DNA of 64,000 bases from Deltaproteobacteria bacterium (GCA_040223695.1 JAVKFU010000013.1:126641-190640); one strand, 5' to 3'. Positions 31,866-41,268 are shown, counted from the stretch's first letter. Program-made: numbers and translations. The notes: generated by a model not told the origin, from the sequence alone.

Positions 31866-33419
31866 TCAATTTGATGCGATTATCTCACAGTTAATTTCAC
31901 GGATTGTAAACCATTTGCGCTTTTCGACGGGTACTTTTTCAAATGAACAATTTTTCCCGCTGGGCCATTTTACGTTGATATCTACTTCAGTATGCTTCCC
32001 CGCGCCGAAATAAACCGGAAGCATATCCTGCTCGCAGCAGCCCCTGCCTCCGGATACCTCCCTTATCTGCAAGCCGTCGGGGGTGGATACTTCCACACGC
32101 GCCCCGATAGCCAGACTGTTGCTGAGAAGACCGTCCCCCACAAGTTCAAGCGTTACAGAGCTATTAGAATTACCGCTATTTCTCATAAGGGCAGTTCCAA
32201 TATGGCCGTTTAAATAAACATCCATAAATCCGTCACGGTCGTAATCTCCCCACGTCGCCGCGAAAACATCAATTGGCGAATCCACCCCGGCCTCGGGCGC
32301 GACATCCGAGAAAGTTCCATTTCCGAGATTTCTGTAAAGTTTTGTCGGCTTTACATGATTGGTCGTAAAAAGATCGATTTTCCCGTCAGCGTCGAAATCA
32401 ACCCACGCGCATGTTCTACCGTCACCTGCATCGCCCGTATTAGTTTCCCATGTAACATCCTCAAACGTGCCGTCCCCGTTATTTCTGTACAGAGCGTTGC
32501 TTTTCGCTTTACCTATATTCGTTACGTAAATATCCAAAAAGCCGTCCCCGTTATAATCCCCTGTGCAGGCCGCAGCGGTCTTCCAATAAAACTCCCCGCC
32601 AAGCCCGGATTTAGTGGTAACGTCTGAGAGTGTGCCGTCGCCGTTATTAACGTAAAGCTTATTCAATCCGCTGTTTGCGAGGAAAATGTCGGGATAACCG
32701 TCATTATTATAATCGAACCAGACGGCGGAACTAGTATTTATTCCCTCGGCCAGACTCATAGAATCTGAAACGTCCTCAAAACTCCCGTCTCCCTTGTTTC
32801 TATAGAGGACAGACTCGCCCCTGCCGGCCTGAAACAAATCGACCATACCGTCTCTGTCGAAGTCCGCCCACAAAACATGACTGACCGAAGATTTCGGATT
32901 TTTTAACCCGGATGCTTCAGTAACATCAGCAAAAAATATTCCGTCTTTGTTTTCAAAAAGAAGTGGAGGACTTTCGGTGCTTATGGTGGAAATAGCGAGG
33001 TCCGGGAAGCCGTCATTATTATAATCGGCCCAGGAAGCGGCGCTTGAATTAACATCGGGAAGTTCGGAAATAGAACTTATCTCATCGAATCCGCCGTCGC
33101 TCCGTCCGGCAAATAGAAACATGCTTTTATTTCCAGTGTCGAGATTTAATGCTCCGCGGGCTCGAAAACGGCTTCTCCTTCCGTCTGATCTGCGTGAGCC
33201 CCTGTTAATATTGGTTATTAAAATATCCAGCCAGCCGTCAGCGTTGTAATCGCCCCATACAGCGCTCTGGCCCAGCCTGACGGGCGGATTTAATCCCGCC
33301 TGATATTTGAGGTCCTTGAACTCGGGTATGCCTTCTTCATCAGATGACTCATTTTGAGCAGTTGACTGGATAGAGTAAGCGAAAACCACGAAAATAAGAA
33401 TTGTAAATGCGATACGCAT
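31866..33419 (-). CDS. Exported FG-GAP/VCBS repeat beta-propeller with ASPIC/UnbV C-terminus (CRTAC1-like)
   Basis: Signal peptide; about seven DxxxDGxxD repeats; C-terminal AIGARV...SGGRG...YFG...WPSG. Confidence 0.9.
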   Translation of the reverse strand: MRIAFTILIFVVFAYSIQSTAQNESSDEEGIPEFKDLKYQAGLNPPVRLGQSAVWGDYNADGWLDILITNINRGSRRSDGRRSRFRARGALNLDTGNKSMFLFAGRSDGGFDEISSISELPDVNSSAASWADYNNDGFPDLAISTISTESPPLLFENKDGIFFADVTEASGLKNPKSSVSHVLWADFDRDGMVDLFQAGRGESVLYRNKGDGSFEDVSDSMSLAEGINTSSAVWFDYNNDGYPDIFLANSGLNKLYVNNGDGTLSDVTTKSGLGGEFYWKTAAACTGDYNGDGFLDIYVTNIGKAKSNALYRNNGDGTFEDVTWETNTGDAGDGRTCAWVDFDADGKIDLFTTNHVKPTKLYRNLGNGTFSDVAPEAGVDSPIDVFAATWGDYDRDGFMDVYLNGHIGTALMRNSGNSNSSVTLELVGDGLLSNSLAIGARVEVSTPDGLQIREVSGGRGCCEQDMLPVYFGAGKHTEVDINVKWPSGKNCSFEKVPVEKRKWFTIREINCEIIASN

Positions 33420-33429
33420 CGAAAAAAGA

Positions 33430-35079
33430 TTAACCTTTTTTAAGATCTTTTAACAGAAGATCAGCCGCGCGTAAACTGAGTGCTTCGATTGTCAATGAAG
33501 GTGCTTCTCCTCCACCGGAGGTGGGAAATACGCTTGCGTCCGTAACGAGCAAATTTGATATGTTGTGTACCCTGAGTGACGAATCAACAACAGATGTTTC
33601 GGGATTATCACCCATACGGCAGGTTCCGTAAACGTGCGTAGCCGAAAAGTAATCGTAAGAAGATACCTCTTCAACAATTTCTTCAGCGCCGCTCGCATTT
33701 AATATTTCCTTTGATTTCTTTTGCATGAATTCAATGCTCTTAAGCTCGGGTTCCCCAAGAAAAGACTGTATTTTTGCGACAGGCACACCGTACTCGTCCT
33801 TTACCTTTGAATCTACAGTCACAAAGGTATCGTCATTAGGGAAGAATTCCGCAATCCCCCCGACCGCTATTGCATGTCCGAACCACTTATCCATTTCGCT
33901 GACAAACTCCTTACCCCAGCCCTCGAAGTAACGCATAGCGTAATTTACCGGTCCCATGGCGCTCCCCACCATAGGGAACAGTCTCAGCCCCCCCGGGAAT
34001 CCACGCTTCGGATCAGGATTATTCCACTTCCATACGACGCTATCGATCGGTATTCCCCTGTAGGAATCTGTCCTCTCGGGATGAAAAGCGACTGTTTCAT
34101 AAAAAGTGGTCTCCATGAAGTTTTTTCCGACGATGCCGCCTTCATTGATTTCAGAGTTCAAGAGAAGCCTCGGAGTCTCGACAGCTCCGCAAGCAACTGC
34201 GACATAATCGCCTTCTACAAAATGCTCCTTGCCGCTTTTGTCGTAATATACAACTCCCTTGACTTCGCTTTTTTCCTTTTTCTTCTCCACTTCAATACGT
34301 GTTACATAGACATTTTCGAGTATTTCACAATTTCCGGTATCCTCGATAAGAGGAATAAAAGTAACGTCAACGCTTCCCTTATCTTTTCGCGGACAACCCC
34401 AGATACATCCATTGCAGTAATTACAGGGAGGCGCGTCTCTATAAAGACTTGAAAGAATAGCGACAGAATTCGGTAGAAGATCAATTCCCTGTTTTTTACA
34501 TCCCTTTTCAACTATTTGGCTCGCGTAGCTCAGCTGGTGCGGCTTTAGAGGATAGGGCTTGTTTTTCGGACGATATGGAATCTTGGCGGGGCCGGCTACG
34601 CCGATTATCTTTTCAGCTTCGGTGTAATAGGGCTCAAGGTCTTTGTAGTCAATGGGCCAATCCACAGCCACACCGAATTCGCTCTTCATTTTGAACGCGT
34701 TCTCATTCAGTCTATGGGCCTCGCCCTGATAATGAAGGGTAGTGCCCCCAATGCCCGATACCTGCTGATATTTATGATATCTTCTTTCTTTTCCGTGATT
34801 AAGCTTTCCTGAAGCTTTGTTCCAGGATCTGAGATTTTCATATTTAGTGTCAAGAGTCTGCTTTTCGCCGAACGTGTAGCGGATTTTCCTCTTGTAAGGA
34901 AATCCCTTTAATTCCCAATCCGTCTCATCAAGTGCGTAGTCTTTGTAGGGATCGTAACGAGGTCCCGCCTCGAGCAGTAGCACGCTCATCCCACTTGAAG
35001 CAAGTTTCCACGCAAAAGGAGCCCCACCGGGGCCCGATCCTATAACAAGACAGTCATATTTTTTTTTCTTTGAGGGCAT
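33430..35079 (-). CDS. GMC-family FAD oxidoreductase (gluconate 2-dehydrogenase flavoprotein-like)
   Basis: VIGSGPGG, GIGGTTLHY, CNYCNGC, ACGAVETPRLLLNS, HVYGTCRMG, DASVFPT. No signal peptide. Confidence 0.92.
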   Translation of the reverse strand: MPSKKKKYDCLVIGSGPGGAPFAWKLASSGMSVLLLEAGPRYDPYKDYALDETDWELKGFPYKRKIRYTFGEKQTLDTKYENLRSWNKASGKLNHGKERRYHKYQQVSGIGGTTLHYQGEAHRLNENAFKMKSEFGVAVDWPIDYKDLEPYYTEAEKIIGVAGPAKIPYRPKNKPYPLKPHQLSYASQIVEKGCKKQGIDLLPNSVAILSSLYRDAPPCNYCNGCIWGCPRKDKGSVDVTFIPLIEDTGNCEILENVYVTRIEVEKKKEKSEVKGVVYYDKSGKEHFVEGDYVAVACGAVETPRLLLNSEINEGGIVGKNFMETTFYETVAFHPERTDSYRGIPIDSVVWKWNNPDPKRGFPGGLRLFPMVGSAMGPVNYAMRYFEGWGKEFVSEMDKWFGHAIAVGGIAEFFPNDDTFVTVDSKVKDEYGVPVAKIQSFLGEPELKSIEFMQKKSKEILNASGAEEIVEEVSSYDYFSATHVYGTCRMGDNPETSVVDSSLRVHNISNLLVTDASVFPTSGGGEAPSLTIEALSLRAADLLLKDLKKG

Positions 35080-35096
35080 GGCAATAAGCGGTTGAT

Positions 35097-35125
35097 ACTA
35101 TAATGAAACTATTGCTTTATGTCAA
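35097..35125 (-). promoter_or_regulatory. sigma70-type promoter TTGACA-N17-TATAGT for the GMC operon
   Basis: -35 at 35125-35120 and -10 at 35102-35097; leaves a leader of about 10 nt without an SD. Confidence 0.65.
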
Positions 35126-35179
35126 TTTATAAGTTATACATTTTGCTTTAACTTGCCAGCTTTTAACAAGGAGATATTT

Positions 35180-36037
35180 ATGAAAAGGATTATACCGCTT
35201 CTGCTACTAACGGTCATGTTCTCATTTGCATGCAGCCAGCCGGAGGAAAGCGAAAACAGTACAACCACGAATTCTGAAAATACGGTTGAAGTGCAACAGA
35301 AAGATTCCGCAGAAAAACAGCAAACGGATGCTCAAACCGAGAATCAAATAAAAAGGGTAAAACCGGAGAAAAAAGGCAAAGTAGTAGCGCGAGTCAACGG
35401 TGTGCCGATTTATGAGGACGAGATAAACGGTAAGAGTCTCAATTCAGCTATAACCGATGAAATCCTTTATCAGGAAGGCCTGAAACGCGGCCTCGACGAG
35501 AAATATGAAGATAGAGTCATGGAATACCAAATGTCCCTAGTTGTAAGGGATATGAAAAGCCGCATTTTAGGGGATTTACCTCCAACTAAAGAGGTATCAA
35601 ACGAGGAAATAGAAGAGTATTATGAAGCCAATAAAGATAAATATATGAATATAAAAATGGAGGAAATAAATTTTTCTGACAAGGAAAAGTCAGAGGAGAT
35701 AAAAAAAATGGTCGGGGACGGTAAAGATTTTAAGGAAATAGAAAGTCAATACCCGGAATCCGATGTAAAATTTAATGATTTAGGCTATAACAAAAAGCTA
35801 ATGAGATATTTCGATACCAAAGAAGTCGGAGCCGTTACCGAGGTAATTGAAAAAGGCGACGGAACCTATAGCGTGTTGAAAATTGTGGAAATTAAGGAAA
35901 TACCCACACATCAAGTCAGAAACTCTATCAAGCATAGTCTTGAAGCCCGCGCGAAGGCACAGGCATACAATGACTTTGCAGAGAAGATTAAGGAAGAGAG
36001 CAGCGTGAACATCGAAATTATCAATGAATCCAATTAA
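35180..36037 (+). CDS. Lipoprotein, PrsA/PpiC-type foldase (degenerate parvulin domain)
   Basis: SD AAGGAG, lipobox FSFAC, VVARVNG, ILYQEGLKRGLD, parvulin-like C-half. Confidence 0.7.
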   Translation: MKRIIPLLLLTVMFSFACSQPEESENSTTTNSENTVEVQQKDSAEKQQTDAQTENQIKRVKPEKKGKVVARVNGVPIYEDEINGKSLNSAITDEILYQEGLKRGLDEKYEDRVMEYQMSLVVRDMKSRILGDLPPTKEVSNEEIEEYYEANKDKYMNIKMEEINFSDKEKSEEIKKMVGDGKDFKEIESQYPESDVKFNDLGYNKKLMRYFDTKEVGAVTEVIEKGDGTYSVLKIVEIKEIPTHQVRNSIKHSLEARAKAQAYNDFAEKIKEESSVNIEIINESN

Positions 36038-36046
36038 AAATTAGAT

Positions 36047-36583
36047 ATGGAAAATTCAAGAAGAAAATTCCTCAAAACACTGGCCGCGGGCGCAATAGGC
36101 GGGGAAATAATGACAGCTCTGCCTGGTAATGTATTGGCAAAGAAGGAACCCTCCGGCGGTGGATTCGAGATTCAAAAGGGATTCAGGGTATTTAACGAGG
36201 TTACCCAAAAGAACATGCTAAAACTGGCAGAGGCTTTTGTGCCTGGATCCGAAGATATAGGGATCAAGGAAAAAGTAATGAACCTGGTGAGGAATGACAA
36301 GGGAGCAGCGGGCTTTCTGGATGCGGGCTTCTGGAATATCGATGCCCTTTCACGTGCAAAATTCGATAAGCCCTTTTACGCCCTTGAAAATAAAGAAGAT
36401 ATAGACCGCATAATTAAACACGTTAGTGTGAGGAACAGAACTTTTTTCCTTCAATTCAAAGGTATCGTTATGAAATTTTACTATTCCGACCCGAGTGTCT
36501 GGAAGAAACTGTCTTACCAGGGTCCGCCTCAGCCCAGGGGTTTTATGGATTATACGGAAGCTCCTAAAAAGCAGGGAGGTTAA
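36047..36583 (+). CDS. Gluconate 2-dehydrogenase subunit 3 family protein with Tat signal
   Basis: SRRKFLK twin-arginine motif; FYYSDPSVWKKLSYQGPPQPRG C-terminal motif. Confidence 0.75.
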   Translation: MENSRRKFLKTLAAGAIGGEIMTALPGNVLAKKEPSGGGFEIQKGFRVFNEVTQKNMLKLAEAFVPGSEDIGIKEKVMNLVRNDKGAAGFLDAGFWNIDALSRAKFDKPFYALENKEDIDRIIKHVSVRNRTFFLQFKGIVMKFYYSDPSVWKKLSYQGPPQPRGFMDYTEAPKKQGG

Positions 36584-36621
36584 TATCCAGTAATAGAGCC
36601 GATGACAGGTTCTTATCGGTT

Positions 36622-37770
36622 CTAATAAATTTCCCGCACCGATAGCAGGTTCAGCGTATTCTCAACCACACCCTCAATATTTATAGACTTTTCAAGTTCT
36701 ACAATTCTGCAGGCATTCGCTTTTGTTCTCGGGTTCGAGCTGATTATCGAACAGCAATCCTTGTATGACTCTATCGACATATCATACGTGCCGATATATT
36801 TAGCGAGATCGACAATCTCCTGCTTATCGTAAGTCAGTAAAGGTTGAAAAACCGGAATCGACACCGCACTTTTTAAAAGAGTAATATTCTCTATGGTTTG
36901 CGAGGCAACCTGACCCAGGCTGTCTCCGGTCACGAGCGCACCGCATCCCGTATCTGTTGCAACTTTTTCGGCTACTCTGGCCATGAATCTTCTGAATATT
37001 ATTAATTCATACCCTCTGGAATTTGAATTCGAGAGAAGGGCAGTTTCAAAGGGGTAATAAGGCGCCAAATGTATTCGAACGGGGCGCCGGTACGCCGTAA
37101 AGTACCTGAGCAATTTGCTTATCTTGGTACTTTCAATTTTTGCATTATCAGTAAATACATGGAAGTGGATAAAATCAACCTCACACCCCCGCTTCATCAT
37201 CAGAAAAGATGAAACAGGCGAATCTATACCGCCTGAGAGAAGGGAGAGCACCCTGCCGCTCACGCCCACGGGGAAGCCGCGTAAGCCCTCTTTTCTGTCG
37301 AAGTAAAAATAAGCCTCGTCGGCGACCTCAATGAATATACTCAAATCCGGATTTACGAGATCGACTTTCATGCCATATTTTTCAGATATTTCACGGCCGA
37401 TTCTATCGGCTATTTGCATAGATGTATAAGGAAATTCCTTGTCAGACCTCTTAACATATACGCCGAAGCTGGAATTGTTTCTCAATCGGGTTTTTATACA
37501 TTTCAAGACCTCCTTTTTTATAGACTCAATGTCTTTCATTACCCTGAAGGCCTCAGCGTACCAGGCGACGCCGAATACCCTGCTGAGAGCGTCTCTCTGA
37601 CCGCCTTCGAGAACAAAACGGCCCCTGAACCTCTTTACCGTCCCCCCTGCCGCTTTTTCAATATTCTGCTTAAGCTCTATTTCAAACAGACTTCTGTTTC
37701 TGCCTTTAAGAGACAATTCGCCATAATGGATTAAGGTAACCAGGTCTGCATTCATATTTTTAGATTCCAA
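36622..37770 (-). CDS. thiI: tRNA 4-thiouridine synthase (THUMP + PP-loop, no rhodanese domain)
   Basis: HYGELSLKGRNR, LLSGGIDSPVS, TGDSLGQVASQT, DKQEIV, DCC. The likely start is ATG 37755. Confidence 0.93.
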   Translation of the reverse strand: MESKNMNADLVTLIHYGELSLKGRNRSLFEIELKQNIEKAAGGTVKRFRGRFVLEGGQRDALSRVFGVAWYAEAFRVMKDIESIKKEVLKCIKTRLRNNSSFGVYVKRSDKEFPYTSMQIADRIGREISEKYGMKVDLVNPDLSIFIEVADEAYFYFDRKEGLRGFPVGVSGRVLSLLSGGIDSPVSSFLMMKRGCEVDFIHFHVFTDNAKIESTKISKLLRYFTAYRRPVRIHLAPYYPFETALLSNSNSRGYELIIFRRFMARVAEKVATDTGCGALVTGDSLGQVASQTIENITLLKSAVSIPVFQPLLTYDKQEIVDLAKYIGTYDMSIESYKDCCSIISSNPRTKANACRIVELEKSINIEGVVENTLNLLSVREIY

Positions 37771-37886
37771 AGAAGTATAAATTACCAGAGACCCCGCCGG
37801 TTAATAATACATGTTTAAATAGCCGGAGAAAAAAGATAACTCCGTCACTCCGTTATACTCGCAAAGCAGAGTTCTCGGCTCTTCAT

Positions 37887-37925
37887 AAAAAAAACCGGAA
37901 GAGCCTGTTATGGCTCTTCCGGTTT
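37887..37925 (-). terminator. Intrinsic terminator downstream of the surface-protein operon
   Basis: Perfect 14-bp stem AAACCGGAAGAGCC / GGCTCTTCCGGTTT with a 6-nt loop, running into a U8 tract on the minus strand. Confidence 0.85.
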
Positions 37926-38020
37926 AACTTTTAATGTTTATTCTCTTCGTTTTAAATCAGAAAGAAATATTCGGGTGGCAGAACCACTTCCGCCACCCGT
38001 GATTGATTATTCAAATTCTT

Positions 38021-40024
38021 TTATTTCTTTCTTCTTCTTACAGCTCTGACACCGAATGCAAAGGCTACAGGAATTAAAGGTATAAGAACGTTAGCCATTG
38101 CTGTACCAAGCTGTATCGGGTTTCCGGCAATTGCGCAACTGCTGCTTCCGCCACCGCCAGTAGGAGTAGGCGTCGGGGTAACAGGAGGAATAGTCGGTCC
38201 GATTGTCGGAGGCGGTCCAGTCGTAGGCGTAAGAGTCGGCGCTACGAAATCTTCGCTAATTACTACACTAGCGTCCACTCCGAGCCTTGTGAAACAGACT
38301 CTAGCGTCTCCGCAGCTTGTGAACTCTTCAAATTCGTCCCAAATACCGACCTGGGCGTCTATGAATGCAGCCAGAGGCCTGTACCTCGGGAAGTACTCAT
38401 CCGCGAAGTTGATGTGAACAACGTCAGCACCTGCTGCGCCGTTCTGCACGTTGAACTGGCCGGCAAACTCATCCGGCACCTGGTCGTTCAGGAATGAGTT
38501 GAACCCGTTCAGGATATTCAGACCATCACCTTCAAAGGCGCAAAATCCGCCAGCCTCTTCGAGAAGGGTGAAGTTGTCAACAACCGCGCCGTTCGTGGGA
38601 CGGTTGACTATGTCAGAGTTCTCGAAACAGCTTCCAAACGCACCACTTTCTACCTCCTGACCGGTTATAACCTGCAGGACATAAGTCTGTCCTCCGGCAA
38701 CAGACAGACTATCCGAATCAATAGGAGTTTTACCTCCCTGGAATTCTACAGGCGAGCCTGCGAGGGAGTACTGCTGACCATCGTCACCGAGCGCAGCACA
38801 GCCGAATGTGCCATCGACCAATCCTGCTCCGGTGCCGTTATAACAATTACAATCCGCGAAAAACCAATTGAGCGGATCGGGGTCTGTTATGTTTATAGCG
38901 CAAACCACCGTATAGTTGTCACATGCGACAAGCAGAGGATCATTCGGATTGAATACCTGAAAGTCGTAAGAAACAGAACTACTCAAGGTAGGCGTGAATG
39001 AAGCGCTCTGAAAAACAGATACATTGGTTTCAGTTGACTGTCCAATCAGCGATGTAGTGGCCAAATTAGTAGCTATACCCCCGCCATATGTACCGGACGG
39101 GGAATTATCATCGTCGGAATATACGAGAGCCTGGAATAAATCAGCGTCCGAATCGGCACAATCAGGATTGTCCGGGTCGTCGCAAGGAGGAACGGGGACA
39201 GGCGGGTTAAAATCACCCTCGGTGACTATATCCGTGTTACCCTGCGTTGCACCCCAATCGGCAGATCCATTCTGGAAGCTTCCATTGGCGATAATGTTAT
39301 CGAAGAATATATCGTCGAAACATACGCCGACTCTGGTGTATGTATTTATACCATATAGATAGTCAGCTGAATCGAGCATATACATAGTGCCGGCCAGGAA
39401 ATTATAATCTATAGCCTGGTCGGGCGAAGGACACTCGTCAACGGCAGTAATTGTTACGAACCCTTCTTTGCCCTGAAGAATGGTGTCGTCGGGGGTATCG
39501 CCCTCGTTATCTACAAGGTTGCCAAAGTCATAAACGTGTGTGTCCTCTACTGTATAAACATCACAGAAGTCTCTGATTTCAACACAATTTTCGTCCAGGA
39601 TACGGACATGAACATTCACAAAAGGCACGCCGAAAATATCAGTTTCGGGCCCTTCATCATAATTGGTAACCTGAATGTATGTGTTTCTGCCGTTTTTCTG
39701 GCTCCACCACGTTATGAGCTGAGCGCCCACTTCGTTGGTAGGCCTCAGGTGAAAAACATCAGTGAAATCAACATGCTGCCAATCAAGCCCAGCCACGTTA
39801 GCGCCACCGAAACCTTCGACCGTCCCTATAAGGGCAGCCGAAAAATCAGGCGGTGCGGTTGAAACCGGGTCAATTTGGGTATCTAACCAACCGTTAGTTA
39901 CCGGCACACCCGGGCAGAACTGCAAATCAGTGCCGGGCTGTCCTTTAGCCTGGTCTTGAAGACCGAAGCCGAAAAGGACAAGCATTAATACAGCAATCAA
40001 TGAAAACCTTAACTTGCTTATCAT
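38021..40024 (-). CDS. Large acidic exported protein with Pro/Thr linker and C-terminal Gly-Cys/TM/RRRKK sorting signal (S-layer-like candidate)
   Basis: SD AAGGAGGA before ATG 40024; signal peptide; Asp/Gly/Cys rich; ends PTPTPTGGGGSSSCAIAGNPIQLGTAMANVLIPLIPVAFAFGVRAVRRRKK. The ORF is certain, the function is inferred. Confidence 0.8.
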   Translation of the reverse strand: MISKLRFSLIAVLMLVLFGFGLQDQAKGQPGTDLQFCPGVPVTNGWLDTQIDPVSTAPPDFSAALIGTVEGFGGANVAGLDWQHVDFTDVFHLRPTNEVGAQLITWWSQKNGRNTYIQVTNYDEGPETDIFGVPFVNVHVRILDENCVEIRDFCDVYTVEDTHVYDFGNLVDNEGDTPDDTILQGKEGFVTITAVDECPSPDQAIDYNFLAGTMYMLDSADYLYGINTYTRVGVCFDDIFFDNIIANGSFQNGSADWGATQGNTDIVTEGDFNPPVPVPPCDDPDNPDCADSDADLFQALVYSDDDNSPSGTYGGGIATNLATTSLIGQSTETNVSVFQSASFTPTLSSSVSYDFQVFNPNDPLLVACDNYTVVCAINITDPDPLNWFFADCNCYNGTGAGLVDGTFGCAALGDDGQQYSLAGSPVEFQGGKTPIDSDSLSVAGGQTYVLQVITGQEVESGAFGSCFENSDIVNRPTNGAVVDNFTLLEEAGGFCAFEGDGLNILNGFNSFLNDQVPDEFAGQFNVQNGAAGADVVHINFADEYFPRYRPLAAFIDAQVGIWDEFEEFTSCGDARVCFTRLGVDASVVISEDFVAPTLTPTTGPPPTIGPTIPPVTPTPTPTGGGGSSSCAIAGNPIQLGTAMANVLIPLIPVAFAFGVRAVRRRKK

Positions 40025-40081
40025 TAATTTATCCTCCTTTTTTAAATTTATTTCGTGTTTGAAATTCATTGTTGTTTATCC

Positions 40082-41044
40082 TTAGAGCAGCTCGAAGCTA
40101 ACTCCCCACCAGGAATCCATGGAGCCCGTGCCGTTTCCGTTGTTGAGCCCGAGATAGCCGACGAAGAAAACGTCGAAGAAAAACTCACCAGTGGTTGTGT
40201 CACAAACAGTAGGGTCAGTGCAAACATGGGTTATAAACGGTAGAAGTAGCCAACCCGCGTTATTCCCTTCGTTCAAGATGCTCGCGTTACAAATTCTCGG
40301 ATATCCCTGGCTGTTCGGAATAGAATTATCTATACCTTTGTTCAGGCTGGTAGGGCCTCCTTCAACACAGGCAAATATCGCCGGGCTGCAGGATATAGGA
40401 AACTCATTCGCATCGAATATAAAGTTCTGAAAAGATATAGACTCGCCGAACTGGGTACCCAGATTCGGGGAAGCGAAGGTCTGAATGCTGTCTATAGATG
40501 CGTAAGTAAGACCGACAACATCCGACAGGTTGTTTCCGTTTACGTCGTTGAAGTTGAGGACATAATCCGCAAAGTCGTCAAAATCAAAAAATTCCGTGTC
40601 CGCGGCGTTAGTCCTGTATTCATAACCCGAATCGTCTATTACCCTGAACATTCCGATTATCGATCCGGATGGGCCGGAAAAAGCCGATACCGTAACGAAT
40701 CCCGTAGTCCCTGAAAGACTAGGGTTACCGGGCAGATTTTCGACATCATAAATGTTGGTATCACCAGGCGTCAATAAATCAAAAAAGTCCACCTCGTTAC
40801 AGTTCTCGCTGGCATTCCATACCTGAACGTGAATGTCAACAAAGTCATCCGACGTGTTCGTCACCTGTATAAATGTCGATCTGCCGATAGTGTCGTAGAA
40901 ATTAACCAGTCTGTCCACACCGGTGTCGGTTTGATCAATCGGCTCAAAAAATGCCGAACTTCCGGCAAATGCCTGCATTGGCACAACCAGCATCAAAGCA
41001 AGCACCAGTGAATACTTAATCTTGGATATAATATCCTGTAGCAT
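40082..41044 (-). CDS. Acidic exported protein, paralog of the 38021 gene core, no membrane anchor
   Basis: SD AAGGAGGAGAGG before ATG 41044 (a second in-frame SD+ATG lies at 41095); signal peptide ending MQAFA; shares blocks with the neighbour (TFIQVTN, GFVTVSA, DVV). Confidence 0.78.
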   Translation of the reverse strand: MLQDIISKIKYSLVLALMLVVPMQAFAGSSAFFEPIDQTDTGVDRLVNFYDTIGRSTFIQVTNTSDDFVDIHVQVWNASENCNEVDFFDLLTPGDTNIYDVENLPGNPSLSGTTGFVTVSAFSGPSGSIIGMFRVIDDSGYEYRTNAADTEFFDFDDFADYVLNFNDVNGNNLSDVVGLTYASIDSIQTFASPNLGTQFGESISFQNFIFDANEFPISCSPAIFACVEGGPTSLNKGIDNSIPNSQGYPRICNASILNEGNNAGWLLLPFITHVCTDPTVCDTTTGEFFFDVFFVGYLGLNNGNGTGSMDSWWGVSFELL

Positions 41045-41239
41045 TGAACCTCTCCTCCTTGTTTTGATATTGTTTATTGTATTTCCTTTTTGCATAAAAG
41101 AATCCTCCTTCAAAGTTTTACTCTAAACAGCAATGAAAATCGCTCTGGATTTGTTCTTTCAGGCAACCTCCATCTCCTCAAACAAACAATTAAATACAAA
41201 TACTCAAAAGATAGTCATACAAATTCACAACTGCACAGA

Positions 41240-41268
41240 ATTACAACACAGAAAAAGGTTAATGTCAA
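41240..41268 (-). promoter_or_regulatory. Promoter P2, TTGACA-N17-TGTAAT
   Basis: -35 at 41268-41263 and -10 at 41245-41240. Confidence 0.75.

Noticed and set aside
32150-33260. Recurrent short sequence similarities as a CRISPR array or DNA repeat
   Set aside because: They are coding FG-GAP repeats, degenerate at the DNA level, with no repeat-spacer pattern.
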